The notes under the pieces: generated by a model | Told to the model about the DNA's origin: nothing | The model's database searches: none | What the model saw: the letters and a program-made list of their open reading frames with translations, nothing else | In this document: positions 36,001 to 43,210 of the stretch, piece by piece | Position numbering within the stretch: position 1 is the stretch's first letter | Layout of the letters: each line of letters opens with the position of its first letter | Position numbers and translations under genes: made by a program | DNA from: Eutreptiella sp. 'Long Island Sound 2002' | Taxonomy: Eukaryota; Protista; Euglenida | Assembly: GCA_964036045.1 (NCBI GenBank) | Contig: OZ038379.1 | Coordinates: 30,070,001 to 30,134,000, forward strand | DNA length: 64,000 bases | Direction: 5' to 3'

Positions 36001-36592
36001 ACAGTGCAAAGGCATATCCGCTTACGCCATGCGGACGGGCTTGCGTCAGAACCATTCGTGGTTGTGTACGTCCGCGTTTACATGCCATCAGACCGTCATG
36101 TTCCTACGCATTGATACGGACACGATGTCACTCATATGGCGACCCAACGATTGCTCCTCGTGGGGCAAGGGGGGGGGGTCGTTCCCTTTTTCAGTTGCAG
36201 TTTGAGGACCAACGAGGGCTTGAAATCGGGCCGCCAAGCAGTCCAGACAGAAAAATGCTGGAATTGTTTTCCCCCGATGCCACATACCTCAGATCATGGG
36301 GCAAAATTTGCGTCCAATGTGTTGAGGTAGCCCCACATCCCCCGACCCCACGACCGGGCCCTGGGCAAGGGCCCTGTCACGACAGCCAAGGAGGGGGTCT
36401 GGGCACATGGGCCTGGCGCCCCACCCCCAACCCCTCCCCTGGGAGAGCAATTTTCTCCGCCTACCTTCGTGGCGCTTCATGTCTCGAACGCCTTCCTCTG
36501 GCTCAGGGGCTCGGAAGATCATTGGCGGCTACATTGCGAAGGACCAGCTGCACAGCGCCCTCAGGACCATGGACATCCCGGTGGTGTACTGA
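1..36592 (+). CDS. Spliced gene, 17 exons in window, 5'-partial: L-threonine aldolase-like (putative HTML aldolase) domain fused to trimethyllysine dioxygenase-like domain; 611 aa in window
   Basis: Exons 1-81, 1280-1377, 13647-13760, 14631-14692, 14809-14858, 15556-15663, 16212-16357, 18618-18724, 21569-21655, 24013-24205, 24543-24714, 31446-31505, 32159-32298, 33429-33558, 35566-35689, 35862-35941, 36507-36592. Every junction has AG acceptor, GT donor (GC at 1378) and matching phase. Total 1838 nt = 2 + 612 codons ending TGA, with no internal stop. Confidence 0.85.
1280..1377 (+). CDS. GLY1: Threonine aldolase domain exon: [33 protein letters not shown]
   Basis: HxDGARxxNA motif of LTA; acceptor ttttcAG; GC donor GCATGC at 1378. 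Confidence 0.92.
1870..2290. repeat. 28-bp unit CCCTTTCAGGTTGGGGATATGGACTAG x3 (2208-2289) plus a dispersed copy near 1870
   Basis: Direct inspection; probably subterminal repeats of a decayed element. Confidence 0.6.
3075..3530 (+). mobile_element. Degenerate non-LTR (L1/Tx1-like) reverse transcriptase fragment
   Basis: IRQG (GxRQG-like), DLLIL (YADD-like remnant), then [17 protein letters not shown] and EYPGVLLG, which match late RT motifs; broken by stops and frameshifts. Confidence 0.7.
4600..11420 (+). mobile_element. Large decayed DNA transposon inside intron 2 with several coding blocks upstream of a CMC-like transposase; boundaries approximate
   Basis: GC-rich coding-like blocks (5450-7030, 7230-8670, 8900-10830) separated by CGCG-palindromic spacers. 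Copies of the ~190-bp repeat unit lie at 4640-4830 and 11270-11400. No TIR or TSD identified. Confidence 0.55.
9230..10830 (+). pseudogene. Degenerate DDE transposase, CACTA/Mirage/Chapaev (CMC)-like
   Basis: Across frames: IAVDGT (first D), CWVC (C2C), PDYGLHG (DxxLH), then [33 protein letters not shown] (H4H followed by catalytic E). Order fits the CMC/Transib-type motif layout. Confidence 0.65.
13647..13760 (+). CDS. GLY1: Threonine aldolase domain exon with PLP lysine: [38 protein letters not shown]
   Basis: CLSKGxGAPVGS and RKxxGGxMRQ are hallmark LTA motifs; gtgtAG acceptor, GT donor at 13761. Confidence 0.95.
14631..14692 (+). CDS. GLY1: Threonine aldolase domain exon: [20 protein letters not shown](R)
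   Basis: Continues MRQ|AGxLAAA motif; phase 0 start, phase 2 end. Confidence 0.9.
14809..14858 (+). CDS. GLY1: Threonine aldolase domain exon: (R)[16 protein letters not shown]
   Basis: DHxNAxxLA motif; cattcAG acceptor, GT donor at 14859. Confidence 0.9.
15556..15663 (+). CDS. GLY1: Threonine aldolase domain exon: [36 protein letters not shown]
   Basis: VQTNIV motif; donor GTATGT at 15664; phases match neighbours. Confidence 0.9.
16212..16357 (+). CDS. GLY1: Last aldolase-domain exon plus linker: [49 protein letters not shown]
   Basis: RxVxHxDVxxxDI is the LTA C-terminal motif. Phase-0 donor CAG|GTAGTG at 16358; unspliced read-through stops at TGA 16388-16390. Confidence 0.85.
18618..18724 (+). 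CDS. TMLHE: First dioxygenase-domain exon: [36 protein letters not shown]
   Basis: LxIxWxDGxxSxYxxxWLR is the GBBH/TMLH N-terminal (DUF971-type) motif; phase-0 acceptor tgtacAG, donor GTAAGT. Confidence 0.88.
18763..19480. mobile_element. 718-bp non-autonomous TIR element, TA target
   Basis: TA|AACCCCCCCCGCTTTTAATATTCAC ... GTGAATATTAAACGGGGGGGGTT|TA, with multiple internal TTAATATTCAC subterminal repeats. Confidence 0.75.
21569..21655 (+). CDS. TMLHE: Dioxygenase-domain exon: [28 protein letters not shown](S)
   Basis: Completes WLR|DHC...TxQRxxD motif; phase 2 at both ends as required. Confidence 0.9.
22068..22197. repeat. 65-bp tandem duplication
   Basis: TAGTGGTCACTCGAGCCAAGGGCAGAGGCACCAAAGAAACAGTTGGAGCAAAGAAAAA(C/A)CAGCCC twice. 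Confidence 0.9.
24013..24205 (+). CDS. TMLHE: Dioxygenase-domain exon: [15 protein letters not shown]...[39 protein letters not shown]
   Basis: Second LxIxW...SxF/YxxxWL repeat and LW motif of GBBH/TMLH; catttcAG acceptor. Confidence 0.88.
24543..24714 (+). CDS. TMLHE: Dioxygenase-domain exon: [57 protein letters not shown]
   Basis: YGxxxxxGVP...IGxxRxTxW/YG motif of TauD-type BBOX/TMLH enzymes. Confidence 0.9.
25253..25819 (+). repeat. 567-bp direct repeat, copy 1 (encodes small Zn-finger-like ORF)
   Basis: Near-identical to 27907-28473 at a constant offset of 2654 bp. Confidence 0.92.
25920..27372 (+). pseudogene. Internally deleted hAT transposase: CGGBP1-like N-terminal Zn finger (ORF 25920-26696) and hAT C-terminal dimerisation domain (ORF 26635-27372)
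   Basis: [38 protein letters not shown], and [40 protein letters not shown]. Too little sequence lies between them for the catalytic core. Confidence 0.8.
27435..27680. repeat. ~140-bp tandem duplication with internal (AAAAAGCGCCAG)n expansion
   Basis: CCCAGCTTTTTTGTTGTTGTTTGTGATTGTGTTCAATGCATG occurs at ~27440 and ~27579, each followed by 12-mer repeats. Confidence 0.85.
27688..27754 (-). ncRNA. tRNA-like Pol III cassette (SINE-head-like), not a functional tRNA
   Basis: Minus strand reads ATGTCATACCCGAGTTGGTA (A box) ... GGGTTCAATACCC (B box), followed by T7. Confidence 0.6.
27907..28473 (+). repeat. 567-bp direct repeat, copy 2
   Basis: Matches 25253-25819; contains ORF 28068-28496 ([23 protein letters not shown]...[21 protein letters not shown]). 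Confidence 0.92.
31446..31505 (+). CDS. TMLHE: Dioxygenase-domain exon: [20 protein letters not shown](A)
   Basis: Supplies the W...DTAY substrate-pocket segment; ggcacAG acceptor, GTATGT donor, phase 1/1. Confidence 0.85.
32159..32298 (+). CDS. TMLHE: Dioxygenase catalytic exon: [47 protein letters not shown]
   Basis: HxD iron-binding motif (HVD), followed by YxxxxPGxQ and GGxTxxxDGF. Confidence 0.95.
33429..33558 (+). CDS. TMLHE: Dioxygenase-domain exon: [43 protein letters not shown]
   Basis: LRxxxPxAFxxxSxxPxxF motif; phase 0 start, phase 1 end fit the flanking exons. Confidence 0.88.
35566..35689 (+). CDS. TMLHE: Dioxygenase-domain exon: [42 protein letters not shown]
   Basis: YNNxDRAV motif typical of TMLH; GTATGA donor at 35690. 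Confidence 0.92.
35862..35941 (+). CDS. TMLHE: Dioxygenase-domain exon: [26 protein letters not shown]
   Basis: LxPGxxxxxxNxRVxHGRxxF carries the distal iron-binding His and a 2OG-binding Arg. Confidence 0.95.
36507..36592 (+). CDS. TMLHE: Terminal exon: [28 protein letters not shown]
   Basis: RxxxGxYxxxD C-terminal motif; TGA at 36590-36592. Confidence 0.9.
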
Positions 36593-37315
36593 GCATGTGG
36601 CTGTGGAGCTGCTGCATGGCACGTCAGACCCCCACATGTCCCTGTCCCTCTTGCAGTCGACCCTGCCATGGGACGATGGTGAGGATCTATGGCTGTTCGC
36701 CTCCTCGCTCATCACACGGCACCGCAGGCCATGCCATCGCCAAGTGGGTTCCACAGACCACAACGGCATGTTGTTGGAACGGCATGGGCCTGCGCCCTGT
36801 GCCCTCCCCCACCGCCCGATTCCCTATCCAATGCTGAACAGAGCACCGTTAGTGAGAAGACTGGGGCAGTTATACGCCTTCATGGCTTTGGCTGTAGTCA
36901 ATCTCGCTGACCAGCGCCACAGCCGGTGAGCTGTGCATTTGTAAGCAAGAGGCAGGGAGGCCGAGTATGCGGATGACAAGTCGGTTCTCGTCGGGGATGT
37001 GGATTGCACTGTGGAGAAGGACCCTTTGCTCAGAGCAAGGGGTGAGTGGGTATCCCACCATCATAACGGGGAGAAGAAGGACTACAACGGTGGTCGTGAG
37101 CTTGACGAGTTGCAGAGTTTCACTGCAGAGACTCTGGACAAGACCAGGTGTGAGGTGAACACCCTCGCCGACTACTCGAAGAAGGAGATCTCGTACATTG
37201 AAAAGATGAACGAACTGACCCCTGAAGAGTGCAAGGAGAAGCTGGAGGCTGTCCAGAAGCTGAAGGGCAACAAGTTTGTTAAGGACCCCAATTTTGTTGG
37301 ACATGGTGTTGCTAT

Positions 37316-38305
37316 CCCGGGGGGGTCGCCGGGCCCGGGTCCTTTACGCCGACTCCCCCCCCCCCCCAGCCTGGGGTCTTCGTGATGACCGCATACCGGG
37401 CACTGATCAGGCCGTCAGGGGAGGACGCCATGGGCTGAAGTTGCATTCTGGATTCACACCCAGGAATGTGGATGCCCGCGGCAGCGCGGATGCCCGTAGT
37501 AGTACGGATGCCTGATTGTCATCGCAGAAGGTTCAAAGGCGAGAGGCCAATAGGCGCCGCCACAGGCTAACAGAGCCAACCACCAAGGCCTTGTGCCAAC
37601 CCCCCCCCCCCCCCCCTGGAAATTGGCACCAAAGTGCCGGCGGCGCCGAAGGCGCCTTAAGGAAAATTTGCTTGATCTAGTAGAGGGTGAAAAAATGGGT
37701 TTCCACCCAAGGTGTCTATACTCAAAATACTCAGTTTTTTCAGGAGAACCCAATAATGGATGAAAAGCAACTTGGACCAATTATCAATACCACCCCTGTG
37801 CAGAGGTTTTTCACAGATGGCACATTCCCTAGTGGGTACAGTAGTGCCTCTGCGACTGAAAGGTCATGGGTTCAAACCCCAGTGGGGGCAATCTGCAGGA
37901 CTGTAGGCAGCATCAGGGCCACAATCAAGAATAGTTTTTTTTGTTTTTTTTGTATTTTTGGTGGTTTGATTTTGTCCCTTTGTTGGGGACCCCCAAGAAT
38001 GCAGGGGTGATGTAGCATTTCCGCCCTCCTTTGGGCCCACGAGAAGGCAGGGGTGAGGCAGCCCTTAAACAAAAGTACCACCTACCATCCCCCCCCCCCT
38101 CCTGCAACATTTTTGCTCCTACATCTGCACCTCAAAGTGATCAGCGCGATGAGGCGGCCATTTCAAGCCATATATGTAGGGGTCCGGAGCCCCCCTGCCT
38201 CCTCTAGCTGGCCCCCTACCCCCCCCCCCCTGACCCAGCCCCCCTGCCCCCCGCACCGACGCCGCAAGGAGTCGGCGTATGGCCCATTGTCCCGACCCCC
38301 CCGGG
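37316..38305. mobile_element. 990-bp MITE with 8-bp TSD (hAT-type)
   Basis: TSD GTTGCTAT (37308-37315 and 38306-38313); termini CCCGGGGGGGTCG...CGACCCCCCCGGG; subterminal TACGCCGACTCC / GGAGTCGGCGTA inverted pair. Confidence 0.9.
37817..37890 (+). ncRNA. tRNA-like Pol III cassette within MITE
   Basis: TAGTGGGTA A-box-like, T-arm TGGG-TTCAAAC-CCCA (B box), oligo-T ~45 nt downstream. Confidence 0.55.
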
Positions 38306-38619
38306 GTTGCTATCCTGAAACAGCTTGAATAAGCAGCTGATGCAGAGGTCCATTTCGATTCTTGAGCATGGTGTGGTTGCGGCACTGGATTGCTGCCTGT
38401 GAAGGAGTGCCATGCGATTTCCATGAAGGCGGTCAGATAAAGCGCAATTCCATCACTGTTGCGCTCTGGTGGCCAGCCGGAATTCCATTTGTTTGTGTGG
38501 CGCTCGGACTGAGGGTAATCAATGCAGGGAACAAATAGATCATGGATGTTGGATTGACTAAAGTATTTTGGTGGGGCTGGGGTACAGGGGCTCTGGCTGG
38601 GCTGACATGACGACTGACC

Positions 38620-39170
38620 AATGACGAGACTTCGACGCCCCCCCGCCCCACCCCCTTTTGGGTCATGGATCCCCCTGCTCTTGGGCTTCTGCTTGCTCAC
38701 CCACTAGGCAACCTGAAAATTGCTCTGCGGGGGGGGGGGGGGTGACATGGACGCCCGCCGAAGGAGGGGGGGGGGTTGGGGAAATGGGGTTCCGTGTCGG
38801 GCCCTTTGTTTTGTGTAAGAACGGATGTTGGTGCCAAAGGCACAGGAACACAAAATTTGGCCCGAAAAAGTTTTTTCTACCAATAATTTCCCCCCCCCCC
38901 ACATTTGAGTAGTCAAAATGATCAGCGCGATGTGGGTATCATTTTGAGCCATAGATGTTGGGTTGACCCCCCCCCCCCCCCCCGGCACGGCAGGTCGGGC
39001 GCCCCCGCCCTGAACCCCCCCCTCCCGTCACGGCGGCCAAGGAGGGAGGGGGGGGGGTTGGGAAAATGGGCTTCCGTGTCACCCCCCCCCCCCCCCCGGA
39101 GCAATTTTCTTCCCGCCCTACCCTTGGCTCGCCAGGTCATCCGTGTGGCAAAAGTTTGGTGTTTGTGACA
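38620..39170. repeat. Related GC/poly-G-C-rich repeat sharing segments with the flanking MITEs
   Basis: Shares GATCAGCGCGATG..CATTTT..GCCATA.ATGT.GGG with 38155-38200 and 40290-40330; ends not defined. Confidence 0.5.
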
Positions 39171-39617
39171 CAGGGTGCTGTTTGCTCTGTGCTGCCCCGG
39201 TTGACCAGGTGGTAGATGTGGCGCTCACAGAGGGTGGCAGCAATCGCGGTTGTTTGCCACACTGAGCAATTCATCATCTTGGGGCCTGCCCCCCATGTTA
39301 TATCCATCCCTGCATGCCCGTACGGCGTCAACCACGAGTCTGCCTGGAGATGTATCTGCAAATGACACATGGAGCATTTGGAAAAAGGGGCTGGAGCTTT
39401 AGGGCAGTTCACGTTGTGGTATTTACGACGATGGAAGTCCATGACTCAACACCCACGCCGGTTTAGGAGCACCAGCGTGTTTCTGTACAGTTTCCATAAC
39501 CCAATTTTTGGCTTGGCCAAGAAGTTCACCTGTTCGTAAATAATGTACTGCAAGCTTGAGGTGCCCCCTCCTCATCGCATGCATTGGGGTGAGATATTAT
39601 GAATCTCAATCTACCCC

Positions 39618-40454
39618 CACGGGGGGGGCGCCGGGACCGGACCCTTTACGCCGACTCCCCCCCCCCCCCCCCCTCCCTGGAAATTGGCTGGAAAGTGCCG
39701 GACCATGGGCGCCGAAGGCGCCCTAAGGAAATTTTGCTTGACTTAGTAGAGGGTGGAAAAATGGTTTTCCACCCCATGTGTCTATACTCAAAATGCTCAG
39801 TTTTTTGAGGAGAACCCAATAATGGATGAAAACCAAATTGGACCAAATATCAATACCACCCCTATGTCAGAGGTATGTCAGAAATGGCCCATACCCTAAT
39901 GGTAAAGCAGGGCTTCTGCAACCGAATGGTCCTGAGTTCAAACCCCGGGGGGGGTAGTCTGCCAGACAGTAGGCAGGATCCAGGACGACATGGTACAATT
40001 TTTGTTTTTGATTTTTTTTGCTTTTTTTTTGCTTTGACTTTGTCCCCTTTGTTGGGGATCCCCGAGAATGCAGGTGCACTCTTTTGTCAACCATGATCTT
40101 CGGGTTTTTGGAGCAAATGGCCTGAATGTCTTGGTTGGCGAAAGAGGCCTGAGGGGGGCGCCACTGGCAACAATGGCCGGGAATTGACTCAGGGGTGCTA
40201 TGCCCCTAAACACAAGTACCACCTACCATGCCCCCCCCCCCCTGTTGCAATTTTTTTTTGCCCACATACATACCGCAAAAATGTCCACCGCGATGAGGGG
40301 GTCATTTTAAGCCATATATGTTGGGGTCCGGGTGCCCCCCTCCCCTTCAGCCGGCCCCAGACCCCCCCCCCCCCCCTCCCCCCCCCCCCGCCTTGAAATT
40401 GGCTGGAAAGTGGGAGGGAGTCGGCGTATGGCCCGTTGCTACGCCCCCCCCGTG
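39618..40454. mobile_element. 837-bp MITE, same family as 37316-38305, 8-bp TSD
   Basis: TSD TCTACCCC (39610-39617 and 40455-40462); termini CACGGGGGGGGCG...CGCCCCCCCCGTG; internal sequence aligns with the first copy. Confidence 0.9.
39884..39956 (+). ncRNA. tRNA-like Pol III cassette within MITE
   Basis: ATGGCCCATACCCTAATGGTAAAG (A box), GAGTTCAAACC (B box), oligo-T runs downstream. Confidence 0.55.
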
Positions 40455-41454
40455 TCTACCCCACTGACCGAATTAACCAAAACTCAAACCCTGACCCTGA
40501 ATTCCAATCGCTCTCTCCACCAATACCATGTGCCTCTGCACAGACACCGGAGATGTACAGCCGTCTGGGGGTGCACCTTGGAGCAATGTACAGGAGGTAC
40601 ATACTGTATGTATGTGTGTATAATTTGGTACCTAATTGAATTCCGAAGAAATACAATGGCACACTTCCTTCCCGTTATTTGCCCTGTCAGGATTCTAGAT
40701 CTAGTTGCTAGGATAACTGGGAGGACCAACACAGAGTATGACACAAACCCACCCCCTCTATCCATTACGGCTTGTTTCCAAAAAGTGTGTCAGATTTTGC
40801 AAGCAGATACGTGGACTAAACATACTCCCATACAGCAGCACATCTCACAATACAGGGGCCTGTACATCTCGTGTAGGGACGATCTCCAGTTGAGCATGGA
40901 GTGGAATGATGAAATGAATTCTCGTACACATCCCTCCCCCACTCTATTGACCTACTTGACACAAAAGCATTCACTGATGGCTCATACTTCACTTCCATGA
41001 ACAAATGCGGCTCAGCGGCTGTCATGCCTGATGGGACTGTACTGCTTGCCAAACCCCCCGGTACACCAGGGATCTACAAGGTGGAGCTGGTAGCTTGTGT
41101 GTAGCCACAACCCATATATCCCCTCGGTCCACAATCTACACCAACTTGTGGCCGGCTACAGGGCAGTAGCCGGGATTTCGGTGACCTTCGGTGATTGGTG
41201 GTTGGGGAGTTTTTTACACTCGGTGACTGCGGTGACTGGCAATTTACAATAAGAAAAGTGAAACAACAAGGGGCATGCAGGGGCTGTGTTACTCGTTACT
41301 GCTGTGCTGACGTGTGGTTTGTTATGTACTGGGTGTATCAAACCATTGAAAGACCCAAAAAAAAGTTGACAAAAACCGGGAGGAAATATCACAAACCATT
41401 TAGCAACGATCGGGCAATGACGGGATGCATCCCACAACCCCTTGTGCAGTTGTT

Positions 41455-41555
41455 TAAAAGTTTTTTACAGTTTTTTTTTATAGTCTTTTACAGTTTTTTT
41501 ACAGTTTTTTTTACAGTTTTTTACAGTTTTTTTTATTTACGTTTTTTACATTTTT
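41455..41555. repeat. (T7-8ACAG)n low-complexity repeat
   Basis: Direct inspection. Confidence 0.8.
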
Positions 41556-41619
41556 TTACAAGGCCGTGGAATGGGCCGGTGACTTTGGTGCCGGAGACTT
41601 AGGAGGTCTGCATACTATA

Positions 41620-41990
41620 TATATATACTATACTCTACTATACTATACTATACTATACTCTACTGTACTATACTGTACTCTACTGTACTATACTATACTG
41701 TACTGTACTGTACTGTACTGTACTGTACTGTACTGTACTGTACTGTACTGTACTGTACTGCACTGCACTGCACTGCACCTGCACTGCACTGCACCTGCAC
41801 TGCACTGCACCTGCACTGCACTGCACCTGCACTGCACTGCACTGTACTGTACTGCACTGTACTGTGCTGTACTGTACTGTACTGCACTGTACTGTACTGT
41901 ACTGTACTGTACTGTACTGTACTGTACTGTACTGTACTGTACTGTACTGTACTGTACTGTACTGTACTGTACTGTACTGTATACTATATA
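41620..41990. repeat. Pentanucleotide microsatellite (TATAC)n>(TACTG)n>(CACTG)n>(TACTG)n
   Basis: Direct inspection; explains the YCTVL/STVQY pseudo-ORFs. Confidence 0.98.
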
Positions 41991-42048
41991 TATACATATA
42001 TAGTCATAGTCATAGTCATAACCACTTATCATTATATTTATATATATA

Positions 42049-42468
42049 CCGTCCAAACTTCAAGAAAGCTAAACCTAATTAATTCTGGGTAGGTCGTGCG
42101 TATACAGTTAGTCCCACGCAATCTAGAATCAATTGCAAAAAAAAAATTAATTGTAGCATTACAATCGAAAAATACAACGCGAAATTCGAAATAATCGCAA
42201 AAATTAAATTAATTCCACACATCACGTCAGAGGTATTTCGTGTTGTACCGGGCCTACAGTGTGTCATTTGTATGCATGGAAATTTGCATAGGGTGCATTG
42301 GTTTTGTTTGTGAACGCAAATTGAAAAAACAACCGCAAAAAAGAATTAATTTCTCGCCCGCCATTCAAATTTTTGGTCGCAAAACCAAAAAAAATTGCAA
42401 AAAAAATAATTCTGGGGGGGTGTCCTTTGCAAAAATGCCGGTTTCGCAAATTTTAAAAGTTTGGACGG
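42049..42468. mobile_element. 420-bp AT-rich MITE, TA target (Tc1/mariner/pogo-like) inserted in (TA)n
   Basis: TA|CCGTCCAAACTT ... AAGTTTGGACGG|TA perfect 12-bp TIR. Confidence 0.85.
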
Positions 42469-42629
42469 TATATATATGCTGCATACTGGAGCATACTCCG
42501 TGATAAGATCCAAGCCCATAGTCGTCACAGAAGCACAGTGGGTAAATGCCATGCGGAGTCAAGTCAGGGAAGAGAACCACAGTACTCCAGTATTAGGGCA
42601 CATAAGGGTACACTTGGAAATGAAATAGC

Positions 42630-43210
42630 CGATGAGTGGGCAAAAGTTTCAATTTAGAAATTGCCTCCTCAAACATCAGTTCACCCCAAAGCAGCTTTGG
42701 AGGTGGGATTCAAGGGAGAAAGAGTATTTGGGCCACCAAAAACATGGGCACACTCACATATTCCTATGCACCGGCATGAAAAAATACACCCGCAGACACG
42801 GAGGCAATTGTCCAAAAGTGAGAGATGTGACAAATGGCTCTTTGGCCACATCTCAGCGATGGGGTATGAACATCCACAATCATTTTGGTGGGATAATCCC
42901 ACTACCAAGGAATGTCCCCATTGCCACCAGCAACACAATACATATGTACATGGGATGCTGGCCTACTGCAGTGACGTGGTAAAAGCATGGGTTAAAGCAT
43001 GGAGCCCTGCTTCAACCCAAGTGGTGCAAAAGAGAAACACCGCAACAAAGAAAGACAAGTAGATCACAGGAAGATGCATGAAAAGTCACATAGGGCACAA
43101 TATCACCAACACCCCAAGGGCATGTCAAGTCTTACCCCACTTGCAGATGCAGCACCTGTGATCTTTGCTTGGCTAGTGGAGTATTTTTTTGACCTAATCC
43201 AACACCGGCT
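42630..43210 (+). mobile_element. Probable 3' remnant of a LINE ORF2 (zf-RVT-like CCHC)
   Basis: ECPHCHQQHNTYVHGMLAYC resembles the C-x2-C...H-x4-C motif at the end of L1/Tx1 ORF2; degenerate. Confidence 0.4.

Larger units (their letters stand above)
36945..38335 (+). pseudogene. 5'-truncated, intronless PDI/thioredoxin-like pseudogene interrupted by a MITE
   Basis: EYADDKSVLVGDVDCTVEKD, then shifted frame LCSEQGVSGYPTI, then DYNGGRELDELQSF...EKLEAVQKLKGNK. Removing the MITE and one TSD restores ...GVAILKQLE*. No CxxC segment is present. Confidence 0.75.

Noticed and set aside
35862-36929. 355-aa ORF as a gene
   Set aside because: It overlaps two real exons in a different frame plus intronic repeats, and has no recognisable domain.
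27688-39956. Functional tRNA genes at 27688, 37817 and 39884
   Set aside because: A/B boxes and a T-arm are present, but acceptor and anticodon stems do not pair properly and all copies sit inside transposons.
41566-42082. ORFs with YCTVL/STVQY repeats
   Set aside because: These are translations of a pentanucleotide microsatellite.
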